A stretch of DNA of 64,000 nucleotides from Tetramitus jugosus (lineage: Eukaryota; Protista; Heterolobosea). Numbering within the stretch: the stretch's first letter is position 1; each line of letters opens with the position of its first letter. Under the pieces are notes generated by a model that saw nothing but the letters and a program-made list of their open reading frames with translations, did not search any database and had not been told where the DNA came from. Of the stretch, positions 42,447-53,832 are shown one piece after another. The translations under genes and the position numbers were made by a program. The DNA lies in NCBI GenBank assembly GCA_937625935.1, contig OW569392.1, positions 248,001 through 312,000 of the forward strand, given 5' to 3'.

Positions 42447-43265
42447 TTATACAGTGGCTGATTTGAGAACGTACGATTCGAGTTTCTGCTCAAATCGTTC
42501 CTTTGTGGGAGTCCCTTGTTCTGCAGCCTTATGAGCACTCTCATAATCTTTCATTCCCTGTTCCTTCTCGCCCAACTTGAAATAAGCGAGTGCACGATGC
42601 TTGAGAATCGTAGATTTCATCGTTTCCATATTTGAGTCACTGAGAACCGATAGAGCTTTCGTTGCCAGTTGAACATTTTCTTGATACAAGCCCAATATTT
42701 CTTGAACTTCTAGCAGTTTCAAGTACGCACCAATCAACCTTGGATAATTATGGATGCACTTCTCAAACGATTCAATAGACAATTGCAAAGCAGACTCATC
42801 AAAGCTTGCCATCTCCTTGTAATACAATCCGAGCATATAACTACAGATGGGTCCATATTGAGCACTACGATCATTTCGATTGATCCAATTCTTGTTCAAT
42901 TCATTCACAATCACATTCCACTCACTCTGTGTCATTGGTTCTGACATGTCACCAGCCAAGCAAATGGTGGCGAAGAAACGGTACAGCATTTTGGCGAATT
43001 CCACATGTGAAGAATGAAATTCTCCCGAGAAGACATCGAATTGTTGGTTGATCCATTGTAAATAATCGGACAAAATTGCCCAATTAATCTCATCAGAAAC
43101 TCCTCGAGAGGTGTAGATATCGGATGATAGTACATCGGATCCTACGAGAACAAACACTTTTTCCAGTGCTTCAGTCTGTTCCTCTAAAGGATAATTAACA
43201 AGATCATAAGCATGATTAAGAATGGTTTCAAATATATTGCTGTTGGAACTTTGAAGGGTTGACAT
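42447..43265 (-). CDS. TPR-containing protein
   Basis: TPR helices: SYMLGLYY, AYLKLLEV..ILGLYQE, KHRALAYFKLGEKEQGMKDYESA. Confidence 0.75.
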   Translation of the reverse strand: MSTLQSSNSNIFETILNHAYDLVNYPLEEQTEALEKVFVLVGSDVLSSDIYTSRGVSDEINWAILSDYLQWINQQFDVFSGEFHSSHVEFAKMLYRFFATICLAGDMSEPMTQSEWNVIVNELNKNWINRNDRSAQYGPICSYMLGLYYKEMASFDESALQLSIESFEKCIHNYPRLIGAYLKLLEVQEILGLYQENVQLATKALSVLSDSNMETMKSTILKHRALAYFKLGEKEQGMKDYESAHKAAEQGTPTKERFEQKLESYVLKSATV

Positions 43266-43556
43266 GATTTTTGCGCGTTACTACCGGTATTCCAATGTGA
43301 TGTGTTATTCACGTGTTGTTGATGTTGTTTTGGATGGATCCAAGGATGTGTGGATTAGGAAAAGTTCTGTGTCACACAACGCGTTTACAGAAATAGCCAA
43401 TCAACCTGGTTACGAAGCCTCAAAATAGAATCTGTTCCTTCAAAAAAAAATGCACTTGATGCTTCAAGTTCGCGCAGTTCTTTACAAAGATCATCTACGA
43501 TTATGGATGAGTAGATCACCATCTGATCTGAAGATGTATTGACTACCTTCCAATTG

Positions 43557-44084
43557 TTAATCCTCTTTGGTCTTAAAGGTAATCAAAGGCTTGGCGTAGA
43601 TGGGTACAAAAACAACATGTTTGATGAAAATGATCACATTGATCAACACTGCCAAGAACAAAGTAATGATGAGAAACAGTCGAAAGAAGAAGTGATTATC
43701 CCTTTCCTTTTGATACTCACTGTTTTAGCTTCATGAACCAATCCAGTGCACATAGATTCCAAAAAGCGCACATACCGTATCATTCTCTCCCGTCAGATTG
43801 GTGTTAACTGTAGCTGCGAGTGGAGCTTTGGGAGCCAACAAGAAGAATAGGAACACAATTAGAGGTAGCAGAAAGCCAAAGCTACAACAGCAACTAATAG
43901 GAATGATATGGATTAGCTCGAACCATTTCTTAAGAAGAATCATGAGCACTACTTACACCTTCTTCCGTTTGGCATTGAGGAAACAAGCCATCACAAAAGC
44001 TATGGCAGAAATGCCAAGAGAAATGAAGAATATCAAGAGCCCCCATCCAATACCTAGCCTATTCATAACGCCTGATTGCACCAT
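43557..44084 (-). CDS. TMEM218: TMEM218 ciliary transition-zone membrane protein, 131 aa; exons 44084-43957, 43893-43776, 43706-43557
   Basis: Manual splicing gives three TM segments, N-terminal LGIGWGLLI, D.HFFFRL and C-terminal PIYAKPL, as in TMEM218. Introns 43956-43894 (GTAAGT..TAG) and 43775-43707 (GTATGT..AAG). Confidence 0.85.
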
Positions 44085-44416
44085 AGTTTAGATTTTGTTG
44101 CGCAAAATTTGTTTCGAACCAACTAAAAAAGCCTACATTACTGAGGGTTCTCGAGTAGTCTCCTATCTCAATACTAACTCAGCCAGATGGTGCTTAACTT
44201 CTCTATTCGAAATGGGAAGAGGTGGTTCCACCATTGTATGAACGTAGACACTCTACTATAGAAATTGCCCTATTTCTGATCTGTTTGCAAGACGCTATGG
44301 ACTTCCATAGGGGCTGCTTGATTAGACTGGTATTGACAACTTGCATCTTCTGAAGATGCAATGAAGAATGGAGAAGATGAACAATAGAAAACGTTTGCAC
44401 TTTTTTACTTTACATT

Positions 44417-45034
44417 TTAGAACAAGTAAGCCAAAAGAGCGAGCAACAAGACACCCACACTCACAGTCATTTGAGTGGCTCCGTTTGCGCAAGTTGGGCA
44501 TGCAGTACATCCAAGCTTGGAGCTACCATATGGTGTTGCTACACAGTCAAGAGTGAGAGTCACAACTCCTGAACACTTGCTGCACCACTCGTCAGAACAA
44601 GAAGTCAAAGTCATTTCTCCGTCCTTGTTACAAACATGCTTGTAATACTTTCCTGCAGTCTTTGATTGAACACATGAGCTAGAAATGCTTCCAGTGTATC
44701 GTTGGCTCTTGATTGCTCCGTCACACTGTTCATTGGCGTATGATGTAGTAGTCCAATAGTAGTAGCTCGTGTTGCTCACGTACAATTGAAGCTCACTAAC
44801 ACCTGTTGAACATGTAGCGATCGAACTTTGGAAATCTCCTGGAGGGAATTCAGATGTAGTGCAGTTGGTTGTTCCGACTCCGCTGCAACTACCGGCGTTT
44901 ACCTCTTCATACCAGAGTGATTTTGGATCTTTGGTGCCACCGCAGACTTTTCCTTCGTAAGTTCTTTCAAGTCTTCCATAACAGTTGACGTAGGTGACTA
45001 AGAGCAGCAATGCCAGTATGATGAGAATCTTCAT
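44417..45034 (-). CDS. Cys-rich GPI-anchored surface protein, paralogue 1
   Basis: Signal peptide, many Cys, GPI-type tail NGATQMTVSVGVLLLALLAYLF. Confidence 0.85.
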   Translation of the reverse strand: MKILIILALLLLVTYVNCYGRLERTYEGKVCGGTKDPKSLWYEEVNAGSCSGVGTTNCTTSEFPPGDFQSSIATCSTGVSELQLYVSNTSYYYWTTTSYANEQCDGAIKSQRYTGSISSSCVQSKTAGKYYKHVCNKDGEMTLTSCSDEWCSKCSGVVTLTLDCVATPYGSSKLGCTACPTCANGATQMTVSVGVLLLALLAYLF

Positions 45035-45981
45035 GTTAATGTAGAGTGAATTGTGTTATTGTTTCTTAGTTAGCTTTGAGTTTCAAACTCGTACGCAATC
45101 CTCGAACAGTTATGTGGGGCAGAGAGGTACGTTGTGGCAAGAGTTCTCGTGTGAACATTACTCTACCCATCATCTGTCCAATAACACTCTGGTCAACCAA
45201 CGGAGACGAGAACTCTCGTGTCAAGAGCTATGCACAAAAAAGGAATGCGCGACCGAATCGAATTTGAAGGTCGCGGAAAATTGACGCTTCGATCGCTTCG
45301 ATTGGCACAAATGAGAAAATTCAAATCTCAATGTGGTTGGTGTGGATTTTGTTGGGGGATGTATATCCAGTCTTGTGTTCCATCACTCGTTCCAGAATGA
45401 TGATAACGTGAGGTTTATTAAAGCTTTAATAGATAAGTGCACTCATTTGTAGTTCGGTGGATATCTGTCTCACCGGACACCAAAGTTCTACAGTCTCGCC
45501 CTCGATGTGCAAGAATGTCCAGAATACGTTACTCAACTAATTGATTTCCGATTTTCTTGTATCACACTCAAAAGGTAGAACCGTTGTGAAGTTGTATGAG
45601 GAGAATTCCGGTTACTTGATACATGACTGATCTTCCCATATTAATGGTTAGTTTTCCATTTATGAATTTCATGTTAGACAATTTTTGATCTGAATGGTCA
45701 GTGGTACACGCTGTAAATGTCGGTTGGCAGATTTCTTAATCGCGTTTCAACAAGTACTTGTTACGCAATTTTTACACATTCCCTCTCAGGAGCTTGTACT
45801 AGAGGGTTCAGCTGACGTAGTTGTTTACAGTATTGTGAACAGACAAGCATCAACTTGCTTTCAACCATCGAACATACGAGATAAGATACATCTTTCTCCC
45901 AACTGCACAAATGGGTCTTGATTCATCAACAAAGTAGTGTTTTATTCTAAGCATTCATCTTGAAAGCATCGTTCTTTAGTT

Positions 45982-46587
45982 TTAGAATAAGAAGCACAAA
46001 AGAGCTGTCAGCAAAACTCCAACACTCAATGTCATCTGAGTGGCTCCGCTTCCAGCAGTACATCCCAACATGGTACTTCCCATAAATGTCTCGAAACACC
46101 CATTGGGTGGTGTCACAACCCCTGAACACTTAGTGCAATAATAATCAGAACAGGAAGTCAATGTCATTTCTCCATCCTTGTTACAAACATGGCGGTAATA
46201 CACTCCTGTAGTCTTAGTAGGAATGCAGCTGTTGCTTATACTTGAAATGTAACGTAGCGTTTTGATTACTCCATCGCATTGCTGACCAGTGTAATCAATG
46301 GAGGTAAAGTACGCGGTGGTATTCCCGGCAAGAGGTGGAAGTTCATTAGGGCTTCTAGCACAAATTGTATATTTGCTTTGATAGTCCCCTGGAACTCGTT
46401 CTGAAGTGGTGCAATTAGTTTCAGTCACTACATTGCAAGAGAGAGAGTTCATATCTTCGTACCGGAGCTCTCTTGGACCTCTACCAGATGTACAAGAACG
46501 ACCAGCATAAGTTACTTCAAGATATCCAACACAGTGCACATAGGTGATGAAGAGGAGAAGAAATGATAGAATAATTGTTAATCTCAT
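45982..46587 (-). CDS. Cys-rich GPI-anchored surface protein, paralogue 2
   Basis: Shares HVCNKDGEMTLTSCSD, KCSGVVT and GATQMT.SVGVLL with 44417-45034. Confidence 0.85.
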   Translation of the reverse strand: MRLTIILSFLLLFITYVHCVGYLEVTYAGRSCTSGRGPRELRYEDMNSLSCNVVTETNCTTSERVPGDYQSKYTICARSPNELPPLAGNTTAYFTSIDYTGQQCDGVIKTLRYISSISNSCIPTKTTGVYYRHVCNKDGEMTLTSCSDYYCTKCSGVVTPPNGCFETFMGSTMLGCTAGSGATQMTLSVGVLLTALLCFLF

Positions 46588-46856
46588 GATACTGTTTTTT
46601 CAATTGTTTGTTGGGTGAAACAGAACAAACGTCAGCTCTTCAAAATCCTTGGTCAACCATCGGGCTGAATCGCACATACTTCAAAGTTGAGGTTGGAAGC
46701 TGTGGTTCGGAAGAATTCAGACATCCTTCTTAGGTAATGCCTAACCGATAACACAAAGCTCGAAATCGGGAAAGGTGTTCGTCACTCCGTTGAAATGTTG
46801 GACAAGAAAATACTTAATTACACAATTTTACATTTACATGGTCGTGCTCCAATCTC

Positions 46857-47666
46857 TTACCACAAGAAACCAGAGACTCTAGCATTCATCAGTTCAGATT
46901 GGTACACTTTCTGTCCCTTGTTGCTACCTGCTGCTCCAGCAACCACCAACAATGGCATCAAATGCTCTGCCTTGTTCACAGGATGTGCCTCGTGACTCTT
47001 TGGCATATTCGCCCATTCCACCAATTTTTTTTCTCTGTCTTCTTGTGATGGACTGATGCAAGCTTCAGTCAACGCTTCATCAAACTCTGCACCATATACC
47101 TTTCTTGATCCACCGCCACTAAAGAAAATGGACATGTTGTGAAAAGATAAGCCACTACCAACAATGGCCACTCCTTCATCTCTCAACGGTTCCAGAGCTT
47201 TACCCATACGAATGTGTAGAGCTGGATCCTGAGACGACAAAACACTCATTTGAACAATAGGGATATCAGCATCGGGCACCATGAGCTTCAACGGAACAAA
47301 AACTCCGTGATCCCATCCACGTTTATCATCTAGCTTTGGAGAAAATCCAGCTTGCTTTAATAAATCAAAAGTTCTCTGGGCAATCAAAGGCTCACCTGGA
47401 GCAGGATACTTGATATTGTAGGACTCTTTTGGAAAACCATAGTAATCATAGTACAGGTCATGCTTGGAGTTGCTTGAGATGGTTGGTTGAGATGTTTCCC
47501 AATGAGCAGTCACCAACAGAATGGCCTTTGGTTTATTGTTCGATGAGAACAAGAGCTTTGGAGCTTGTTTGGAGAGAAATTGGGTCAGAGAGGCATGTGA
47601 GGGATCACCTAGGATGGGTAATGGACCACCACCATGAGGAACAAATAGAGCAGGTGCGCGTTGCAT
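46857..47666 (-). CDS. LigB-family extradiol dioxygenase (4,5-DOPA dioxygenase/YgiD-like)
   Basis: PHGGGP, TAHWE, YYDYYGFP, RGWDHGVFVPL, GSGLSFHN, AHP..EHLMPL. An in-frame upstream ATG also exists at 47789. Confidence 0.92.
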   Translation of the reverse strand: MQRAPALFVPHGGGPLPILGDPSHASLTQFLSKQAPKLLFSSNNKPKAILLVTAHWETSQPTISSNSKHDLYYDYYGFPKESYNIKYPAPGEPLIAQRTFDLLKQAGFSPKLDDKRGWDHGVFVPLKLMVPDADIPIVQMSVLSSQDPALHIRMGKALEPLRDEGVAIVGSGLSFHNMSIFFSGGGSRKVYGAEFDEALTEACISPSQEDREKKLVEWANMPKSHEAHPVNKAEHLMPLLVVAGAAGSNKGQKVYQSELMNARVSGFLW

Positions 47667-47969
47667 TGTTTTTGATCTGTTGGTTGTTAGTTGTTGTTTC
47701 GTTATAGGTTTTGTTGTTGTTGATCGATGGTGCAAGCTAAAAAGCTCTCGAACAGCCTGTCTAATGGTGGGAATTGCGCCGACGGGCATTTCTCAGGAAC
47801 AACTAGAAGAAAAGAACGTCGGTGAATTCTTTATGGAGGAAGGGATGAATGGACGTCCAATTGTTCTTTTGGTGGTGTAGAGCTGATAATACCATAGTAC
47901 AGATGTTCGATGATTGCATATATTCTCGATATTTCTGAAGAATGTTTACGATTATGTCTTGGCGTTTTC

Positions 47970-50900
47970 TCAGAGCTGATGGCTAATCTCTTGTAAGACT
48001 GTTGTAATGGTTTCAAAGTTGGGTCGATCAGTTGCCTGGTGAGCCCAACAACGAGTACAGAGATCAAAGTATTGACGAACCAGAGTGGCAATCATTTCTG
48101 GGGAAATATTGTCATGTTCCAGACCATTGCTCCGAGTGAAATATTGAGAGATGAGCTGATAGTGTTTTTCGTCTTGAGGTAGATCAACTCGAGTGATCTG
48201 TTCTGGGATGGATGGTCTGTGGCCTTGAATTACCTTTAGTCCAAGAGCAAATTGATTCGCAAATAATTGAGAGGAGGAACTGTTGCTCAAGTATGGTCTT
48301 TCGAGGGTGAAAACCTCGTGCATCATTACACCAAAACTATAGACATCACACTTTTCATCGTATGGTTCTTGTTGCAGCAATTCAGGACACATGTATTGCA
48401 TTGTACCATAACTTACGCCAATGGTTAAAGACGTATCTGCAATCCTTGATAATCCAAAGTCACAAATCTTGCACGTACCGTCCTTCTTCATGAGAATGTT
48501 TTGTGGCTTGAGGTCTCGATGTACAATCTTGTTCTCTCTTGAATGAAGGTATGTCATTCCTTGAGCAACATCGATGAGAACACGAAGTTTTTCGTCAAAT
48601 TTCTTCAAATGTCTTTTGCTGAGAGCATCATCCAGACTTCCTCCATCAACATACTCTGTAATAATATATTTTTGATCTCTGCGATCTACACTAAAACCAT
48701 AGAGCATTAGAATGTTGGGATGTCGAAGGCAGTTCAACACAGACACTTCTCTGACAAATGAATCTTCGTCTTCAACTTTCAGTCTCTTAATTGCAACATC
48801 TTGATTATACCAAATACCTCGGAATACTGAGCCATACGCACCTTCACTAATTTTAGAAGAAAATTTGAGTTCATCAATGTCGATTCTTATCGTAGATAGC
48901 AGTTGAGTGCTCTGCGATTCTAAATCATCATCAGCCATTGATGAGAGTTCAAAATTCAAGAGCTTCTCATGTAACATTGAATCCTTCTTTCTCTGAACTC
49001 TTCGCTTATTCAGATACCACAAAATAGCTGATACTAGAGACAGGAATAAACATGCGATGACACTGACACTTGGTACTGCAATCGAAACAATGACCTTCCA
49101 TTTGGTCTCTGTTCTCATTGTGTTCTTTCCTTCATCGACGTCTTTATATTGGCAATTGTTCGGTTGGACAATATAATAAAGAACATCATCTTGATCAGCG
49201 CTACTCAGTAGGAGATGAAAGGTCTCGAAAACATTATCTACATAGAAATCGACAATTCCATCATGGGGACGAGGGATATTTAAAATATAGTTCCACACGA
49301 AATGAACACCGTCGAATTTGATCAGCATTGTTTCTGCTGCAGTATTGGTCGTTGTGTTGATGCATGTATTGGACACCAAATAGAAATTATGCCCTGCAAC
49401 ATAGAAAGAGCGAAGGAACTTTCTTGAGTGTCCATTTGATCCACAATTCAACGATGCTAAGTATGGGATTTCTGTCTCTTTGATGTTGGATCCTGGTAAA
49501 GGAAACACCTTCGTTCCAATTAACAAAATTCTATTCTTTTCATCAATAGTAATTTGGGCCTCAATGTCTGGAAACACTATAGGATCAATGTTCAGCAAGA
49601 TCGGAGTTGTTGATGTGGGAAGTAGTTCATACGGATCAAAGTGATTAATAATAATCCTACTAAGGGACGTATTAATTGTTTTCATGATGATTCCATTATA
49701 ATAAGGTATAAAGGTAGCCTCCTCTGTTGCTCCATCATTCACCATACCAAACGATAGGAGACGAGTTACGCACAGCGAAGCAGAATTGAGCTCCAATAAC
49801 ACAAACAGAGGATATTCCCAACCACTCAACGATGAAGGAACAGTTACAACTTGAGAACAACCATCAAAGTTAAGCTTGCCGATATCCAAAATGTTAGCTA
49901 TCTTGGCGATCCCTATTAGTTTTGATTCGAATAATCGAACTGGGATAAAATCTTGGAGTTTCGGAAACTTGTATTTTCCTCTCAAAGGTTCGATTTTGTC
50001 ATTAAAGATGTTATGGATATCATATTCTTCAACCTGAAACAAACTGTTAATACGAGTCGCTCTAGTGATCGTAGTTGATTGCCATGAGGGACTGAGAACG
50101 TTGATATGAACTAAATCACCTGATTCAATCGATTTCTTCTTTGTTAAAGATTGTCCTGCTCCTGTATAAAAGTTAATCAATCCGTTCTCTAAGCGAATAG
50201 CAACTCTAGTTGCATTCGACCATACAACTCGTGAATTGCTCGGCAACTTTGCTTCTTGTAATTTCACAACAAAACTCTCGGGCCCGAAATTACAGATAGT
50301 GTCTCTTGAAGGCAAAATACGGTCTTGACAATTTTCTGGTTGAGTAATGGCATTGGATAAACAAACACAATTGTTAGGTCCAGTGCAAGTTTCCTTCCCG
50401 CAAGAATTTGTTGTGTTAGCTGCAACTCCATTACAAATGGGAATTGAACACGAACTTCCAGACCAACCATTCGAACAAGAGCAACGATCATGTGCAATGC
50501 AGCTCCCGTGTCCTGTACACACAAAGGGATTCGTCTCAGGGAATTCATGGCAGATACTAAAATTACAGATTTGGCCATAATAACCTGTCACACAATCGCA
50601 ATGGTTCGGTGAGGTACAATTACCTTTTCCTGAGCAAACCAAGTTGTGATTCTCTGAAACACCATAACACACATTGTGTTCGCAACTATCACCTGAAAAG
50701 CCGATATCACACTCACAATAGTCGAAACTCGAACAATTTCCATGGCTGGAGCATACCTGGTTCGATGCACTACTTATCCCATTACACATTGTGTGCTCAC
50801 AGTTAGAACCTGTCCATGAAAGCTCACATGTACAATTTTCTGGTACAGAGCAATTTCCACGTCCTGAGCAAACCCCATCCTCATTCGCAGCCAATCCTGC

Positions 50901-52688
50901 ACATATGGCATACTGACAGTTATCACCTCTCCAGTGATCTCCACATGAACAATTATTGTGACCAACACAAAGGCCAACTCCATTACAAACTTGGTCGGAT
51001 CGGGAGGAGTTTACTCCGAAACACGTAGTAAACTGGCAGAGATCACCAGACCAGTACTGGTCACACTGACATGAGTCAGGAGCAACACATGATCCATGAC
51101 TTGAGCAAACATCATTACTTGAGGATAAAATGTTGTTACATGTGTGATTCCCACAATCCTGACCTCCCCAACCGTGATGACACATGCAAATATCGAGTTC
51201 AACACATTCACCGTGTCCAGCACAAACTGTATCTATATCAGTCCAAATTATTCCAAAGCAAGATGCTTCAACCATGGTGGCTAAGAATGATTGATCTTGA
51301 AGTGTTATATTGTTATTAAGCTCAACATACCCCCGTGTTCGACCAGAAACAAAGATATTATCCAACCCGCTAACATGAACTCGGCTTAGAACATCATCAT
51401 CACCAGGTTTCTTACATGAACTTATTGTGATGACGTTTAAAAGTTTTCCATCATCTGAATATGTGGCGATGAATCCACCTAGATCTTCTCCAACACCAGC
51501 AAATATTTCATGAGAGGAAAAGGATGCTGATCCACTGAAACAACCAGTCACAACAACACTTCCATCTGACAATACATCGAGATCTGAGGCAATATCGTAG
51601 CCTTGACCACCGGCAGTATTTACCCATCTTACTTGACAATTCATGTCCATCTTCACAAGAAAGATATCGGTGTCTCCAACAGATACAGCTGGCAGAGAAC
51701 CAAAATTGGCCTGGTTGCTGAAATATCCTGCAACAAACACAGAATCACCGCTCTTCGATAGGCGAATTACCTGAGCTGAATTTTGATTGAAAACTCCAAA
51801 CCGTTGCTCACAAATTGGTGACCAATCACTAGAGGATAACCTAGCAACAAATCCATTCTGATTCACTGCAGTATGCGAGAAGAGAGTTCCCGTAAAACGG
51901 CCTGCTACAAAGAGAGAATCTGTTGTGGGAGCAATACTCAGTCCATATGAATTTGTACCCAGATGAAAAAGAAATGGGTCACTACCTACGTGTCCCCAAG
52001 ACCAAATGTTCGCTCTTTGAGACTTGCGACCAATTGAAAATATAGAGTTTTCTGAGTTCATGGCTACGTCGACCATAAGGTCTTTATCGTGAGAGGTCCA
52101 GCTTGCTACTCCAGCAGCATTAAAATGTGCGATATAAGCACAGTAATCACACGTCACATTGGGTTCCGCAGCATTGCCAAAACGCACTGTTGCTCGACTG
52201 TTTGCTGCAGTGCCTACAACTGCGATTAAATTTTCTGACGCTTCAATACCATAGACTGTACCCATAGCAGTATCGATGGGGTTGATAATGTTTGATGTCC
52301 ATTCTGTCATAAAAGTGTTCCCAGAAGGTACCAATTTAGTCAAAAACCCTCCAGTTCCATCTAAATGACCAGAAATGTACAAAGCTGTACCGCTGGGCGA
52401 GGTGGTAATCCCACGAACATCACTCTGCAACGATATCACCCGATTGAAAACATATCTTCTCTTCAATCCAACATGTTCGCACCATTTTCCATAACGTCGA
52501 CTGTTTACTCCACAGTCACATGTATCTTGTGCCACACAAACACCATTCGAAGAGCAGACAGTGCTTGCGTCGCTAGTTATCCCTTTGCAAGAGATGATTG
52601 GGGCACTCGCAATTGAACACCCAATTCCAGTGTAACAACACATCAACCCATACAGCACAAAGATCACTACCAAATGTAAAGTCTTCAT
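47970..52688 (-). CDS. Receptor-like TKL kinase: signal peptide, beta-propeller, ~10 EGF-like repeats, TM, kinase
   Basis: CSGRGNC...C.C...W.G..C repeats; TM; kinase motifs GAYGSV, VAIK, HRDLKPQN, DFGLSR, DVYSFG. ATG at 52688. Confidence 0.92.
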   Translation of the reverse strand: MKTLHLVVIFVLYGLMCCYTGIGCSIASAPIISCKGITSDASTVCSSNGVCVAQDTCDCGVNSRRYGKWCEHVGLKRRYVFNRVISLQSDVRGITTSPSGTALYISGHLDGTGGFLTKLVPSGNTFMTEWTSNIINPIDTAMGTVYGIEASENLIAVVGTAANSRATVRFGNAAEPNVTCDYCAYIAHFNAAGVASWTSHDKDLMVDVAMNSENSIFSIGRKSQRANIWSWGHVGSDPFLFHLGTNSYGLSIAPTTDSLFVAGRFTGTLFSHTAVNQNGFVARLSSSDWSPICEQRFGVFNQNSAQVIRLSKSGDSVFVAGYFSNQANFGSLPAVSVGDTDIFLVKMDMNCQVRWVNTAGGQGYDIASDLDVLSDGSVVVTGCFSGSASFSSHEIFAGVGEDLGGFIATYSDDGKLLNVITISSCKKPGDDDVLSRVHVSGLDNIFVSGRTRGYVELNNNITLQDQSFLATMVEASCFGIIWTDIDTVCAGHGECVELDICMCHHGWGGQDCGNHTCNNILSSSNDVCSSHGSCVAPDSCQCDQYWSGDLCQFTTCFGVNSSRSDQVCNGVGLCVGHNNCSCGDHWRGDNCQYAICAGLAANEDGVCSGRGNCSVPENCTCELSWTGSNCEHTMCNGISSASNQVCSSHGNCSSFDYCECDIGFSGDSCEHNVCYGVSENHNLVCSGKGNCTSPNHCDCVTGYYGQICNFSICHEFPETNPFVCTGHGSCIAHDRCSCSNGWSGSSCSIPICNGVAANTTNSCGKETCTGPNNCVCLSNAITQPENCQDRILPSRDTICNFGPESFVVKLQEAKLPSNSRVVWSNATRVAIRLENGLINFYTGAGQSLTKKKSIESGDLVHINVLSPSWQSTTITRATRINSLFQVEEYDIHNIFNDKIEPLRGKYKFPKLQDFIPVRLFESKLIGIAKIANILDIGKLNFDGCSQVVTVPSSLSGWEYPLFVLLELNSASLCVTRLLSFGMVNDGATEEATFIPYYNGIIMKTINTSLSRIIINHFDPYELLPTSTTPILLNIDPIVFPDIEAQITIDEKNRILLIGTKVFPLPGSNIKETEIPYLASLNCGSNGHSRKFLRSFYVAGHNFYLVSNTCINTTTNTAAETMLIKFDGVHFVWNYILNIPRPHDGIVDFYVDNVFETFHLLLSSADQDDVLYYIVQPNNCQYKDVDEGKNTMRTETKWKVIVSIAVPSVSVIACLFLSLVSAILWYLNKRRVQRKKDSMLHEKLLNFELSSMADDDLESQSTQLLSTIRIDIDELKFSSKISEGAYGSVFRGIWYNQDVAIKRLKVEDEDSFVREVSVLNCLRHPNILMLYGFSVDRRDQKYIITEYVDGGSLDDALSKRHLKKFDEKLRVLIDVAQGMTYLHSRENKIVHRDLKPQNILMKKDGTCKICDFGLSRIADTSLTIGVSYGTMQYMCPELLQQEPYDEKCDVYSFGVMMHEVFTLERPYLSNSSSSQLFANQFALGLKVIQGHRPSIPEQITRVDLPQDEKHYQLISQYFTRSNGLEHDNISPEMIATLVRQYFDLCTRCWAHQATDRPNFETITTVLQEISHQL

Positions 52689-52866
52689 CTCGTTGTGTGG
52701 TTTGAATAATGTTCGTTTTATTGGGATGTTTCCACGGGGATCGTACAAGTGAAAGATGACGTCTGAACTGGTTCCCCCTCCCAATAAAACGAAATTCACC
52801 CAATTTGGTTCTTCATTCGAACGACAACGATACAACTAACAGGGGTTTATTCTTCGATGAAAGCAC

Positions 52867-53832
52867 CTAAGCAAAGATGTCAAAACCAAAGGCTCCTTTC
52901 ACCTGAACAATTCTCTTGTTCTGGTTCAAGTTGTCAATCTTTTCCATTTCTTGTGGGGACAATTCAAAATCGAACACTTCAAAGTTGCTCTTGATTCGTT
53001 CGTCATGCACTGATTAGGGAATAACAACCACCCCTCTTTGAATAGACCATCTCAGAATGATATGTGAAGGGTCTTTGTTGTGTTTTTTAGCTATCGCAGC
53101 GATGGTGTCATCGTTGAGAGCATTCCCTTCTAAACCAGACCCGAATGGACTGTAGGCAGTCGTGGTAATATTACCCAACAATTTAGCGAATCGAATCAAT
53201 TCATATCGGTTCAAATAGGGATGAACTTCCACTTGGTTGATTGCAGGCAAAATTCTTGCATAGGTCCACAAGTCCAGTAGGCTCTGAATGTTGAAATTGG
53301 AGACTCCTATTGATTTGACGAGTCCATCATCAACCAACTTTTCCATCTCGGGCCACGTTTTATGCAATGGAACTTTAGCTAAAGGAACCTTGATAGGTTC
53401 ATTGCTATCATTCATTGCTTCATATCCAGTATCACCGCCACTCAAATCTAATCCACCGTTGCGCAATGGCATTGGCCAATGGATCAAATACAAGTCCAAG
53501 TAATCAAGCTTCAGATCCTTCAATGTTTTGAGACAAGCCTCACGCACATTTGCATGATGTGTGTTCCACAATTTACTTGTGATAAACAAGTCCTTTCTTT
53601 CCACAACTTTATCTCTAATCAGTTCTTCAATGGCTTCACCAACCTCTGGTTCATTCCTGTACATGGCTGCCGTATCAATGTGCCGATACCCTGCTTTTAC
53701 TGCTGTAAGCACAGCATTCTTCACCTGTTGTGATTCACTCTTCCAAGTACCGAGACCAATGATTGGCATGTGGATGCCATTGTTTAATTGTACAGTTTGT
53801 TGGGAATAATTGTTGGAAATGTCAGCCGACAT
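52867..53832 (-). pseudogene. Aldo-keto reductase with a single in-frame TAA at the conserved IPKS lysine
   Basis: GLGTW, GYRHIDTAAMY, TSKLW, DLYLIHWP, SIGVSNF. Reading through TAA (53016-53014) gives IP*SVHDERIKSNFEVFDFELS...DIFA* ending at 52867. Confidence 0.8.

Noticed and set aside
53014-53016. TAA reassigned to an amino acid genome-wide
   Set aside because: TAA terminates PLD, Vps34, the cyclase, the syntaxin and others at the expected positions; only one in-frame case is seen in an otherwise intact gene.
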